The position numbers and the translations under genes were made by a program. From Vicinamibacterales bacterium (GTDB lineage: Bacteria > Acidobacteriota > Vicinamibacteria > Vicinamibacterales > UBA8438), in the NCBI GenBank assembly GCA_965208535.1, contig CBDBOU010000003.1:132638-196637 (forward strand): a DNA stretch of 64,000 nt. Reading direction: 5' to 3'. Below are positions 10,551 through 20,204 of the stretch, piece by piece. The notes under the pieces were generated by a model. The model saw nothing but the letters and a program-made list of their open reading frames with translations. It was not told the DNA's origin and did no database searches. Every line of letters begins with the position of its first letter. The first letter of the stretch is position 1.

Positions 10551-11792
10551 CCACTCGTGCGGGCCCCAGTGCACGACCACTCGCCCCTGGTCGCGACCGG
10601 TCGGAACCAGCGTGGCCCCGAGCGGACGGAACGAGCCCGCCGTGCGCGTGTAATCGACCGCGATCTCGGCCACATCGAACGCCGAATCGTACTGGGTGCC
10701 CCAGGAATCCGCCTCGTGGTTGAACACGAACCGCCACCCGTCGTCCGCCTTCCGCAGCCAGATGCCGTAGAAGCCGGCGAAGCCGGGTGCGAGGTTGCCG
10801 GTCGGAATATCGGTCTTGCCGAAACGCAGCGAGACGTCGCTCTTGAGGCGCAGCACGGGCGCGCGAATCATCTCGATGATGTCGCCGTCGCGCGCCGCCG
10901 CGACGTTCGGGTAGTCCTCGTCCTCGACGTCGATGCTCTTCCAGTACACGACGGTGATGCCCGCACCGTTCGGCAACACGAGAGCGGTCTCGTTCCGCTC
11001 GGACAGCAGGTTGCCGCGCGCGATGGCCTCGTTGGAGTCCTCGGCCTCGCGGGCGGTGCCGCGTCCCGACACGCGCGCCTGGCGCGGCGTCTCGGGGAGC
11101 TCCTCGAACCGGAAGTCGGCGCTCCAGTCGTGGCGCCCCCAGCGCAGCGCGAGCCGGCCCGTCTCGGCTCCCGTTGCGTGAAGCGACGCGTTGAACGTCG
11201 GTGCCGCGGTTGCGGTTTCGCGATGGCTCAACGGGACGCTGCGGACGTCTCCACCGTCGGTCGGGTGGATCTCCAGTTGCCAGCCCGACGCGTCGCGCAC
11301 GAGCCAGAGGTCGGGGTCGGCCGGCGCCATCTCCTCGTCGGACTCGTCCGTTTCCTTGGCGTCCTCGTCTGATTCCGCTGCCTTGTCGGCCTCGGTCTCC
11401 GCCTGTCGCGCGGCGACGATGGCCGCGATCTCCGCCTCGATCGCTTCGATGTCCGGCTGCAGCGCACCGAGACGCAGGGCGCGATGTGCGTCCAGCGTGC
11501 CGACTCTCACCCGGGAGCCGACCGTTCCGGAGAGTAGCCACTGATAGGCATGGTGTTCCGCCCGCAGCTCGGGTGGAAACGCCACGGCGATTCCCTGGGT
11601 CTCCAGGGTGAGCGACGCGTGCACGAGGCCGTCCGCCTCGTGGCTGGGCTCCGGCGTCTGCGCGCCGGCGGCTGTAGCTGTCAGGCACCAGGCCGCACCC
11701 GCGGCAATCAATACGCGCCCAACGCTCCCGATGCCGCCTCGCGGGTGGGCGGCGCGGTCTCCGTTACCGGCTCCGAGCATGCGATATCCCAT
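10524..11792 (-). CDS. Secreted hypothetical protein with two DUF2911-like repeats
   Basis: Signal peptide; repeated WGRHDWSADF / WGPHEWSADF ends; acidic insert. Confidence 0.7.
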   Translation of the reverse strand: MGYRMLGAGNGDRAAHPRGGIGSVGRVLIAAGAAWCLTATAAGAQTPEPSHEADGLVHASLTLETQGIAVAFPPELRAEHHAYQWLLSGTVGSRVRVGTLDAHRALRLGALQPDIEAIEAEIAAIVAARQAETEADKAAESDEDAKETDESDEEMAPADPDLWLVRDASGWQLEIHPTDGGDVRSVPLSHRETATAAPTFNASLHATGAETGRLALRWGRHDWSADFRFEELPETPRQARVSGRGTAREAEDSNEAIARGNLLSERNETALVLPNGAGITVVYWKSIDVEDEDYPNVAAARDGDIIEMIRAPVLRLKSDVSLRFGKTDIPTGNLAPGFAGFYGIWLRKADDGWRFVFNHEADSWGTQYDSAFDVAEIAVDYTRTAGSFRPLGATLVPTGRDQGRVVVHWGPHEWSADFVVSE

Positions 11793-11862
11793 GGAGAAAA
11801 CAGAAAGGCGGGACCAAAGCGGCCCCGCCCTCTAAGAATGTCGAACCGCCGTTGCGGGTTCG

Positions 11863-13176
11863 TCAGTTGTTGTTGGTCGTGGCCGGCATCGCCTCGGTCT
11901 CTTCGATCTCGGCGTAGCCGATGAACCCGAGCGACATCTCGTCGTCGGTCCGCGGCCCGTGGCCCACGAAGCGGTTCGGGTTGAAACCCTGCCGCGAAGC
12001 GCGCTCCGGCGAGTTGTCGTACCAGAAGTCGACGTCGATGCGGGTGCCCTTCGGCAGCAGCTTCGGCTCCTTGTACTTGTAGGTCACCTGCCAGCCCTGG
12101 TCGTAGTGCGGCACGTCGAGAAGCAGCTCCTCGGTGCCGTCAGGATAGATCGCGGTGTAGCGCGACGCGGTCGCCCGCAGGTGCGCGTGCGGCCAGTAGG
12201 TCAGCACCAGGGTGTCCTTCTCGAGGACCCGCGACGACCCGATCCGGTAGTTTGGGTGGTTCGGCGGAATCTCGAACCCGCGGTTGGACAGCGAGTCGTT
12301 GATGACCTTGTACTTCACCGGCTCGTCGGCGACGAAGAATGCGATCTGCGGATTGCTCCACACGGCCGAGCCCTCGGCCGGCTCCTTGTGGTAGTGCAGG
12401 TTGAAGGAGATGCTCGACCCCGTCTTCAACAGGACGCCGAAGCCCTCCGGCAGCATGTCCGCCTCGCCGCCCTCGGCGACGCAGCTCAGCAACTGGCTGT
12501 CGTCGACGTCGGCGCCCTCCTCCTCGGCGGGGCCCTCGGGTATGAAGGCGCCCGGCTCGATGACGGAGGAGCACATGTGGTGGGTGATCTGGTTGTCGCC
12601 GACGCGGAACTCCCAGCCCTTGACCCAGGTGTCCTCCGGCAGGATGTCCTCGGTCAGCTTCGAGTAGAAGGTGATGTTCAGGTCGTAGATATCGTCCTCG
12701 ACCAGGTACGGCTCGGGCATGTTCACCACGAAGTCGGGGGTGCCCAGCGACCAGCCGTCGTTGGCGTCCTCGGCCCACTGTGCCGCGGGCGGCGCATCGG
12801 CCCTGTCGCCCGCCGGAGCGCCGGCATCGACCCACTGCAGGATGGTGTCGATCTCGGCGTCGGTCAGGCCGCGCTCGTTCTCGAACACACCCTTCGGCGC
12901 CGAGGCGAACCACGGCGGCATCTCGCGCGACTCGACCTTGCGGGCTATGGAGCGGGCCCAGGGACGCGTCTCCCGGTAGTCCATGAAGGACATCGGCGCG
13001 ATCAGGCCGCTGATGTTGTACCCGGACGGCCGATGGCACGTCTGGCAGTTCTCCTTCATGATCGGCAGGACGTCCTTGTAATAGGTCACCTCGGCGTCGT
13101 GCTGCGCGTAGCCGGGGGCGGCGGCCGCGACCATGCCGAGCACGAACAGGGCGACGAGCGTGCGCTGCAAGTTCAT
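11863..13176 (-). CDS. Secreted c-type cytochrome fused to a copper type II (PHM/DBH-like) monooxygenase domain
   Basis: Signal peptide; CQTCH; THH, HYH, HAH and DEM copper-ligand-like motifs. Confidence 0.8.
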   Translation of the reverse strand: MNLQRTLVALFVLGMVAAAAPGYAQHDAEVTYYKDVLPIMKENCQTCHRPSGYNISGLIAPMSFMDYRETRPWARSIARKVESREMPPWFASAPKGVFENERGLTDAEIDTILQWVDAGAPAGDRADAPPAAQWAEDANDGWSLGTPDFVVNMPEPYLVEDDIYDLNITFYSKLTEDILPEDTWVKGWEFRVGDNQITHHMCSSVIEPGAFIPEGPAEEEGADVDDSQLLSCVAEGGEADMLPEGFGVLLKTGSSISFNLHYHKEPAEGSAVWSNPQIAFFVADEPVKYKVINDSLSNRGFEIPPNHPNYRIGSSRVLEKDTLVLTYWPHAHLRATASRYTAIYPDGTEELLLDVPHYDQGWQVTYKYKEPKLLPKGTRIDVDFWYDNSPERASRQGFNPNRFVGHGPRTDDEMSLGFIGYAEIEETEAMPATTNNN

Positions 13177-13390
13177 CGATATCTCCTTGGCACCGAAACC
13201 GAACGCGTGCACGTATGTAGACGGATGCGTGAAAAAACGGTTGTACCACAGCACCGGGTGCGCCGCAAGAGAAACCTGCTCCAGCGTCGCGCGGGCGGGT
13301 CTCCCGGCGCTGGGCCGGCGTCGCCTGCGCGGTTGCCCGCGGTGCTGATGCCTGAGCGCCCCTGGCGCCGTGGCGTGTCTCCTCGGAACC

Positions 13391-16183
13391 TCAGGGGATC
13401 GGGACCCGCTCGGCGAGCTCCGTGAACCAGTTGCCGACGTAGACGAGCTCTGCCGCTCCCAGGCGCGGATCGCTCCCCGTCGGGTCTTCGTCCGTCTCCC
13501 GGAGCATGACGAAGCGCTCGCCGTCCGGCGCGACGTCCCACTCCCGGTAGGGGGTGCCGATCTGGATGCCGCCCGGTAACGCGAACAGCCGTTCCGGACG
13601 TGACGGCGTGAAGGTCGGATCGCCGGCGTACCCGACCGCCATCATCGCCCTCCCGTTCGGGCCGGCCGCCACGTAGAAGAGCTCCCGGCCGTCCCGCGAC
13701 CACACCGGCGAGAAGCCGGTGCCCGGCGACACCTGCCACTTCCCGTCGTCGACGTTCGGGAACGGCCGCACGTAGATGGCCCAGCGGCCGGACTCGTTGG
13801 ACTGGTAGGCGATCCAGCGGCCGTCCGGCGAGACTCCCGGCAGGGTCTCCACGACCGGGGTCGCAATCAGTGGTTGCGAGGCGCGGTCGCCGTCGAGCGG
13901 CAGCAGGTGGATGTCGGCGTTCGTCATGCCGGCCGCGTGCGTGACGACCAGCGTGTCCGGGCCGCCCGCCCAGTCGGAGACCATCCGCACCACGGGCTGG
14001 CTCCCGGTCAGTCGTTCCGCCTGTCCGGTGCCGTCCGCCGCCTTGCGGAACAGCCCGAAGCCGTCGTCTTCGACGGAGGTGAACACGACGCGGCGGCCGT
14101 CCGGCGACCAGAGCGGATTGATGTTCCATCCCTCGAAGGTCAGACGGTTCGAGACCTCGCGGGCGACATCGTAGACCACGATGTCGGCGCTGCCGCCGTC
14201 GTCGATGACGTCCAGCGCGATGCGATCGCCGGTGGGCGAGATGCGCGGGGTGCTGTACGCGCGCGGCGGGGTCGGGACCGGGTCCTCGCGCCCGTCGCGG
14301 TCGATCCACACCAGCCTCCTGCGGCTTTCGGACGCACCGTCGTCCGTGTCCGCCGAGTAGACGAGCGTGCCGTCGGCTGACCAGGCGCTGGAGCCGGCGT
14401 TCGGGACGACGGCTACCGGCGCGCGGGCAAGCTCCAGGCGTTCGGGGTCGAACGGCGCCGCCAGCAGCGTCGTGGTCCGGGACCCGGGCCGTCCGGCTGC
14501 CGGCCGGATCGACCGCTGGAGCAGCAGGTGGCCCGTCGGCGTGTAGGTCGCTCCCGCCACGTCGGACGCCACGATCCGCGATTTCGCGTTGGCCAGCGAC
14601 AGGGCTTTCAGTTGCGAGCCTCCGTCGGTCGAGAGCTCGGCGTACAGCAGCGCACGCGAACCGGGCAGCACATGGGGCGCCGAGCAGACGGTCACTTCCG
14701 GCACCGCGCCGGCCGGCAGCACCGCCTCGGGCGTCCCGCCGGCGGCAGGCACGCGCAGCAGGCCGCCGAGAGCGCCGAGCACGATGCCGTCGTCGTCGCC
14801 CCAGCTTCCGCGCAGCGCGGGGACGTTGTCGGCCAGCGTCACGGCCGCGCCCCCGCGAATCGGCACCCGCTTGAGCGTCCAGCGGTACTGGATCCGGTCC
14901 GATCCTCCAGCGGGGCCGGAGCCGGCGAAGAATCCAATCCAGGTCCCGTCCGGCGAGAAGAACGGATCGAGCGCGCCTTCCGTGCCGTCCAGCTCCCAGG
15001 CATCGCCCTCGTTCAGGTGCCGGACCATCAACTGTCGCGTCCGGCCGCCGGCAGTGCGACCGACGTAGGCCAGCGTCGAGCCGTCGGGCGAGAGGGCGAA
15101 CCCGGAGCCGCGCGCCATCGGAGACGGCAGGTCGAGGGTGAGGCGCCGGACCGCTGGCGGCTCGGGCGCGGGCGCGAGGGTCCAGAACGTGGCTGCGGCC
15201 GCGAGGCAGCCGAGCAACAGGCCGCCGGCCGCCCAGGCGGTCCGTGCCCGCCATCCGCGGAGCGGGGAGGGCGATGCGGCATCGCCGGCCGAGGCTTCCG
15301 GCAGCGCCTCGGAAGGGGAAGCGGCGGCTTCCAGGTCGCTGAGCGCCTCGCCCGCGTCGCGCATCCGCCGCCGCCGGTCGCGTTGGAGGCAGCGGCCGAG
15401 CAGCCGCCGGACGGGTCGCGGGGTCGGTGACGGCAGGGCCGACAGGTCGAGGTCGCGGTCGATGACGCGGGCCAGCACCTGCGCCACCGTCTCGCCGGAG
15501 AAGAGACGCTCGCCGGCGAGCATCTCGTAGAGCACGACGCCGAACGACCAGAGGTCCCCGCGGGTGTCGGTCGGCTGCCCTTCCGCCTGCTCGGGCGACA
15601 TGTAGGCCGGCGTCCCCAGGATCAGGCCGTCGCCCATCCGGGTCACCGAAGCGGTCAGCGTCGGCGACTGCAACGGGTCCGCGTCGGGGGGCGCCGGCGC
15701 CGTGTCCAGCGCCTTGGCCAGGCCGAAGTCGAGGACCTTCACGGTCCCGTCCTCGCGCACCTTGACGTTGGCGGGCTTCAGATCCCGGTGGATCACGCCC
15801 GCGTCGTGCGCGGCCTGCAGCGCCAGGGCGATCTGCCGCGCGATGGACAGCACCTCGTCGAGGGGAATCGGCCCCTGCTCGAGGCGGTCGGCGAGGGTCG
15901 GCCCTTCGACCAGCTCCAGGACCAGCGCGCGCGTGCCGCCGGTCTCCTCGATGCCGTGGATCTGGGCGATGTTCGGGTGGTTCAGCGAGGCGAGGACGCG
16001 GGCCTCCCGCTCGAAGCGCGCCAGCCGGTCCGGGTCGGCGGTGAACGCGGCGGGCAGCACCTTCAGCGCGATGTCGCGGTCGAGCTTCATGTCGCGGGCG
16101 CGGTACACCTCGCCCATGCCGCCGGCCCCGAGCGGGCCGGTGACGTCGTATGCGCCGATCCGTGTTCCGGGCGTCAACGGCAT
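13391..16183 (-). CDS. Membrane Ser/Thr kinase with C-terminal TolB-like (PD40) beta-propeller
   Basis: GAGGMG, HRDLKPAN, DFG, YMSPE; one transmembrane helix; repeated SPDG/SPTG motifs. Confidence 0.93.
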   Translation of the reverse strand: MPLTPGTRIGAYDVTGPLGAGGMGEVYRARDMKLDRDIALKVLPAAFTADPDRLARFEREARVLASLNHPNIAQIHGIEETGGTRALVLELVEGPTLADRLEQGPIPLDEVLSIARQIALALQAAHDAGVIHRDLKPANVKVREDGTVKVLDFGLAKALDTAPAPPDADPLQSPTLTASVTRMGDGLILGTPAYMSPEQAEGQPTDTRGDLWSFGVVLYEMLAGERLFSGETVAQVLARVIDRDLDLSALPSPTPRPVRRLLGRCLQRDRRRRMRDAGEALSDLEAAASPSEALPEASAGDAASPSPLRGWRARTAWAAGGLLLGCLAAAATFWTLAPAPEPPAVRRLTLDLPSPMARGSGFALSPDGSTLAYVGRTAGGRTRQLMVRHLNEGDAWELDGTEGALDPFFSPDGTWIGFFAGSGPAGGSDRIQYRWTLKRVPIRGGAAVTLADNVPALRGSWGDDDGIVLGALGGLLRVPAAGGTPEAVLPAGAVPEVTVCSAPHVLPGSRALLYAELSTDGGSQLKALSLANAKSRIVASDVAGATYTPTGHLLLQRSIRPAAGRPGSRTTTLLAAPFDPERLELARAPVAVVPNAGSSAWSADGTLVYSADTDDGASESRRRLVWIDRDGREDPVPTPPRAYSTPRISPTGDRIALDVIDDGGSADIVVYDVAREVSNRLTFEGWNINPLWSPDGRRVVFTSVEDDGFGLFRKAADGTGQAERLTGSQPVVRMVSDWAGGPDTLVVTHAAGMTNADIHLLPLDGDRASQPLIATPVVETLPGVSPDGRWIAYQSNESGRWAIYVRPFPNVDDGKWQVSPGTGFSPVWSRDGRELFYVAAGPNGRAMMAVGYAGDPTFTPSRPERLFALPGGIQIGTPYREWDVAPDGERFVMLRETDEDPTGSDPRLGAAELVYVGNWFTELAERVPIP

Positions 16184-16224
16184 TCCCTGTAATGGTAATC
16201 GGAGCCTTGGCGACGATTGTCGGG

Positions 16225-16653
16225 CTATGTGAGCGGGTTCAGCCATTCCAGGCCGTCGAAACGGGCGAAGTCGCCGTCCGTCGAGCACAGGACGAGCTCG
16301 TGCTCGATGGCCAGCGCCGCGAGGTGGGCGTCGGGCACCAGATTGGGCCGGCCCTCCACTTGCATCATGAGCGGAGCGAGAACGGTCTGGTGGCGTTCGG
16401 TCGGTTGCGGGATCCAGGTGGAGTCCACGTCCAGCCACGACTCGACCTGTCGCCAGGCGTCAGCGACCGGCGAGGGGTTCTCGAATACCCGCGGATTGCT
16501 CACGAGCCGCACGAAGCCCAGCAGGCTGGGCCAGGGGAGCCCGACCGGCTCGGCGCCGCCGATATGCGTGTCCAGCCACTCGCGGGCGGCGCCATGCTGT
16601 GGAAACGATGCCACGTGGGCGTACAGCAGCAGATTCACGTCGACCAGGATCAC
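16225..16653 (-). CDS. vapC: VapC PIN-domain toxin
   Basis: ILVDVNLL, DAHLAALA, STDGDF; GTG start overlapping the antitoxin stop. Confidence 0.9.
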   Translation of the reverse strand: MILVDVNLLLYAHVASFPQHGAAREWLDTHIGGAEPVGLPWPSLLGFVRLVSNPRVFENPSPVADAWRQVESWLDVDSTWIPQPTERHQTVLAPLMMQVEGRPNLVPDAHLAALAIEHELVLCSTDGDFARFDGLEWLNPLT

Positions 16654-17093
16654 CGGAAGTGTTCCCCTTCCGCCGCCGCCAGCGCGCCGGCGACATTGTC
16701 GACGTCGCCGACGAGGCATCGACCGAGATCGACGGAGCGTGTTCGGTAGCGAGTCGATCGAGCGGGCGGAGCGTTCATTTGCTGCAGGCCGAGCCGCAGG
16801 GCGTCGCTGACGACCATCCGGAGGCTGCGTCCGTCGCTTCGCTGCCGTTGCTGAAGCAGGGCCGCTACATCCGCCGGCAGCTTCAGGTCCTCCAGGGATG
16901 CCGGGAGGTCGCGATGCGGTTCGTCCGAGCGTGCGCCATCCGTGGCCGTGGCGCCGTCATCCTGCTCCAGGCTGCGCCGGACGGCGGTGTTCACCAGGTC
17001 GGAGATGCTGCGCTCGGCCTGCGCCGCCTTCAGCCGCAGAGTCATGTGGAGGCCCGGTTCGAAATAGACCGTCGCCCGCTTAGGAGCTGTCAT
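16650..17093 (-). CDS. vapB: Antitoxin with two tandem RHH modules (CopG-like + VapB-like)
   Basis: KRATVYFEPGLH...SISDLVNTAVRRSL, then LPADVAALL...SLRMVVSDALRLGL...RSVDLG; directly upstream of vapC. Confidence 0.75.
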   Translation of the reverse strand: MTAPKRATVYFEPGLHMTLRLKAAQAERSISDLVNTAVRRSLEQDDGATATDGARSDEPHRDLPASLEDLKLPADVAALLQQRQRSDGRSLRMVVSDALRLGLQQMNAPPARSTRYRTRSVDLGRCLVGDVDNVAGALAAAEGEHFR

Positions 17094-17099
17094 GCCTGA

Positions 17100-17134
17100 A
17101 GGATAGCGTTAAAACGTCAAAACGTCAAAACGTC
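17100..17134 (-). promoter_or_regulatory. Sigma70-type promoter of vapBC (leaderless) overlapped by three 8-bp direct repeats
   Basis: TTGACG (17128-17123), 17-nt spacer, TATCCT (17105-17100), 6 nt, then ATG; AAAACGTC x3 at 17111-17134. Confidence 0.75.
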
Positions 17135-17225
17135 GAGCCGCGTGGTCGCGGAAAAGGGCACTCCGGTCCAGGAGGGGCCGGAAGAGTCCTCCTTTCAGGT
17201 GAGAGAAGGTCACCAATCGAAAATA

Positions 17226-17249
17226 TGACATACAAATATATGTTATAGT
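17226..17249 (+). promoter_or_regulatory. lexA extended -10 promoter with overlapping palindrome (candidate SOS box)
   Basis: TGACATA-N6-TATGTTA (17226-17245); TGnTATAGT (17241-17249); AT-rich island in ~70% GC DNA. Confidence 0.6.
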
Positions 17250-17306
17250 CTGGACCCCGCGGCGGGGCGGCTCAGGCCCGTACGCATCGGGAGACGAGGA
17301 GGCGCG

Positions 17307-17936
17307 ATGGGACGCACACCGGCGGGCGAGACGCGCGAAAAGGTCTTCGCGTTCGTTCGGGATCGGCTGCTGGCGGGGCAGCCGCCGACGGTGCGCGAGG
17401 TGCAGGAGGCCCTCGGCTTCCGGGCGGTGCGGACGGCGCAGCAGCATCTGGAGCGGCTCGTCGAGGACGGCCGGCTGGTCGCCGGCCGGCACCGGGCGCG
17501 GGGCTACCGGCTGCCCGGATCGACCCCGGGGGCGCGCACCGTGCTCGCCCCGGTGCTCGGCCGCGTCCCGGCCGGGGCGCTCGACGAGGCCATCGAGGAT
17601 CCGGACGGCTACCTGCCGGTCGATGCCCGGGGCGGGGAGGCCGGCGACCTGTTCGCGCTGCGGGTGCGCGGCGAGAGCATGACCGGGGCGGGCATCCTGC
17701 CGGGCGATCTGGTGATCGTGCGGCGGCAGCCGACTGCGGCAACCGGCGATGTCGTCGTGGCGCGGGTCGGGGACGAGGCCACGGTCAAGACCTTCAGGCC
17801 GCGCGGGCGGCGGGTGGAGCTGCGTCCCGAGAACCCCGCGTTCGAGCCGCTCGTGCTCGACGCCGGGGAGGTCGCGATTCTCGGGAAGGTGATCGAGGTC
17901 CGGCGGATCCTGGACGCACGCGGCGTCACGGGCTGA
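17307..17936 (+). CDS. lexA: LexA repressor
   Basis: N-terminal wHTH (PPTVREVQ), Ala-Gly cleavage site VPAG, catalytic Ser (GESM) and Lys (TVK). Confidence 0.93.
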   Translation: MGRTPAGETREKVFAFVRDRLLAGQPPTVREVQEALGFRAVRTAQQHLERLVEDGRLVAGRHRARGYRLPGSTPGARTVLAPVLGRVPAGALDEAIEDPDGYLPVDARGGEAGDLFALRVRGESMTGAGILPGDLVIVRRQPTAATGDVVVARVGDEATVKTFRPRGRRVELRPENPAFEPLVLDAGEVAILGKVIEVRRILDARGVTG

Positions 17937-17956
17937 GCGGCCGCGGGCCTGGCAGC

Positions 17957-17998
17957 CCGCAGCAAGGCCCGGCGCGGGGTTTCACAACGGACTGCTGG
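17957..17998 (+). repeat. Internally deleted remnant of the 166-bp MITE family
   Basis: CGCAGCAAGGC core start followed by GGGGTTTCACAACGGACTGCTGG, resembling the terminus at 41807-41829. Confidence 0.5.
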
Positions 17999-18028
17999 AG
18001 GAACCGGGAGGAAGCGGGAGGAAAGACA

Positions 18029-18679
18029 GTGGCGGCGGCGATGGCGAACGCGGCACCGGACATGAACGCACTCGTCTCCGCGTCCCGGAGATGGGTGCGG
18101 CGCAGCCTGACGCAGCCGGGGCCGGCCGCCTGGAACCTGGCCGCGCTCGGCGGCTGCCTGGCGGAGCTGTCGGGCGCCGGTCCCGCGCCGGCGCTCACCC
18201 TGGCGTTCGGCCTGGTGCGCGAGGCGCAGCGGCGGGGCGAGCCGGTCGCCTGGATCAGCCGGATCGAGAGCACCTTCTTCCCGCCGGATGCGGCCGAGGG
18301 GGGCATAGACCTGGCGGCGCTGCCGGTGATCCTGCTCGGCGACGTGCGCCACCGCCTGCGGGCCGCCGACCGGCTCGCCCGTTCCGGCGCCTTCGGGCTG
18401 CTGGTGGTCGACCTGGGCGACCGCCTCGATCTGCCGCTCGCCGTGCAGACCCGCCTGGCCGAGCAGGCGCTCGCGCACGGCACGCTCATCCTCTGCCTGA
18501 CGGAGAAGACCGAGCGCCAGCCGTCGCTCGGGTCGCTCGTTGCGGTCCGCGGTCAGGCGCGGTGCATTCGTTACGGCCCCGATCGCTTCGCCTGCCGGGT
18601 GCACGCGCTCAAGGACAAGCGACGCGGTCCGGGCTGGACCGACCAGGAGTGGTGTCGTGGACCGGATGGCGTGCGTTGA
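18029..18679 (+). CDS. imuA: ImuA (RecA-like, degenerate Walker A)
   Basis: Position between lexA and imuB; ELSG, AWI, FFPPD...GIDL, LLVVD motifs. Confidence 0.8.
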   Translation: MAAAMANAAPDMNALVSASRRWVRRSLTQPGPAAWNLAALGGCLAELSGAGPAPALTLAFGLVREAQRRGEPVAWISRIESTFFPPDAAEGGIDLAALPVILLGDVRHRLRAADRLARSGAFGLLVVDLGDRLDLPLAVQTRLAEQALAHGTLILCLTEKTERQPSLGSLVAVRGQARCIRYGPDRFACRVHALKDKRRGPGWTDQEWCRGPDGVR

Positions 18680-20204
18680 GCTGCCGGCGTTTCCGCTCCA
18701 GCTCCTGCTGCAGCGGCACCCCGACTGGGCCGGCCGGCCGGTGGCGGTGGTCGACCGCGACAAGCCGCAGGGCGTGATCCTCTGGGTCAACGAGCACGCC
18801 CGCGCGTGCCGCATCCGCAGCGGGATGCGCTACGGCGCCGGGCTGTCGCTGGCGCGCTCGCTGCACGCCGGGGAGGTGCCGCCCGCCGAGATCGAACGGG
18901 GCGTCGCGGCGCTCGCCGACCGGTTGCGGCGCTTCAGTCCCGACGTCGAGCCCAGCCGCGACGAGCCGGGGATCTTCTGGCTGAACGCCTCCGGGCTGTC
19001 GCATCTGTATGCGTCGCCCCGCCGGTGGGCGGACGCGGTCGTCGACGCAATCCGGACGAGCGGGTTGCGGGGAGCGATCGCCGTCGGCTTCACTCGGTTC
19101 GGCACGTACGCCATCGCCAGGACCGCGACCACGAGCAGCCAGCCGGTGGCGGTGCTCCGGGATGCGGCCGCCGAGCGGGTGCTGGTGGGGGAGGCGCCGC
19201 TGGATCGACTGGGTCTCGATCCGGCGTTGCGCGACAGCCTGCAGAAGCTCGGTATCGAGACGTTGCGGGCCTTTCTGCGGCTGCCGCCCGCGGGGATCCG
19301 CCGGCGTTTCGGTCCGGACGCGGAACGCCTGCACCGGCTGGCGGCAGGCGACCTGTGGGTGCCGCTGCAGCCGCTACGGGTCCGGGATCCGCTCGTCGCG
19401 CGCCACGACTTCGACGACCCGGAACCCGACGTCTCGCGCCTGCTCTTCGCGGTCAAGCGGCTGCTGAACCGGCTGCTGGCCATGATCGCCGCGCGCAGCG
19501 AGATGCTGGGGACGCTGACGCTACACCTGCGGCTCGACCGGGCCGGCACGAAGAGCGAGCAAGTCCGTCCCGCCGCTCCGACGCTGGACGCCGCCCAACT
19601 GCTGGGCCTGGTACGGCTTCGGCTGGAGTCACTGGTCCTCGACGCCGGGGTCACCGGGTTGCGAGTGACCGCCCGCGCCGTCCGGACCGCCGCCGCGCAG
19701 CAGGGCTTGTTCGTCGAGCGGCCGCCCCGCGATCGGGCGGCGGCTAACCGCGCGCTCGCACGCGTTCGCGCCGAGTTCGGCGACGGCGCGGTGGTGCGGG
19801 CGCGTCTCGCCGAGGCGCATCTGCCGGAAGCGCAGTTCGCCTGGGAGCCACTGGCGTCGGCGCCGCGGCCTGCGCAGGCGCCGCGGGTCGTGCCGGCGCC
19901 GTGTTCCGCGCCGGCGCTGTCCGCGGCGGGCGACGTCGCACGCCGGACGCAGGTCAGGCGGATACATGCGCGCCCGATCCCGCTTCCTCCGCGCCCGCGC
20001 CACGAGCCGGACGGCTGGCTGCTGCGCGGCGGCGTGACCGGGCATGTCGAGCATCTCGCCGGCCCCTATCCGATCTCCGGCGGCTGGTGGCGGTCGGCGG
20101 TGCACCGCGAGTACTACTTCGCGCGGATGCGCGACGGCGACCTGCTCTGGATCTACTACGACCGGCCGCGCCGGCGCTGGTGCTGGCAGGGGCGGGTGGA
20201 ATAG
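18657..20204 (+). CDS. imuB: ImuB, catalytically inactive Y-family polymerase
   Basis: ACVELP, GMRYGAG, SPDVE, GGWW...REYYF...WIYYD C-terminus; cassette context. Confidence 0.88.
   Translation: MDRMACVELPAFPLQLLLQRHPDWAGRPVAVVDRDKPQGVILWVNEHARACRIRSGMRYGAGLSLARSLHAGEVPPAEIERGVAALADRLRRFSPDVEPSRDEPGIFWLNASGLSHLYASPRRWADAVVDAIRTSGLRGAIAVGFTRFGTYAIARTATTSSQPVAVLRDAAAERVLVGEAPLDRLGLDPALRDSLQKLGIETLRAFLRLPPAGIRRRFGPDAERLHRLAAGDLWVPLQPLRVRDPLVARHDFDDPEPDVSRLLFAVKRLLNRLLAMIAARSEMLGTLTLHLRLDRAGTKSEQVRPAAPTLDAAQLLGLVRLRLESLVLDAGVTGLRVTARAVRTAAAQQGLFVERPPRDRAAANRALARVRAEFGDGAVVRARLAEAHLPEAQFAWEPLASAPRPAQAPRVVPAPCSAPALSAAGDVARRTQVRRIHARPIPLPPRPRHEPDGWLLRGGVTGHVEHLAGPYPISGGWWRSAVHREYYFARMRDGDLLWIYYDRPRRRWCWQGRVE

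Noticed and set aside
13391-16183. Kinase-propeller gene as part of the novel kinase system
   Set aside because: A common membrane kinase architecture in this kind of genome, with core-like GC and no link to the MTase
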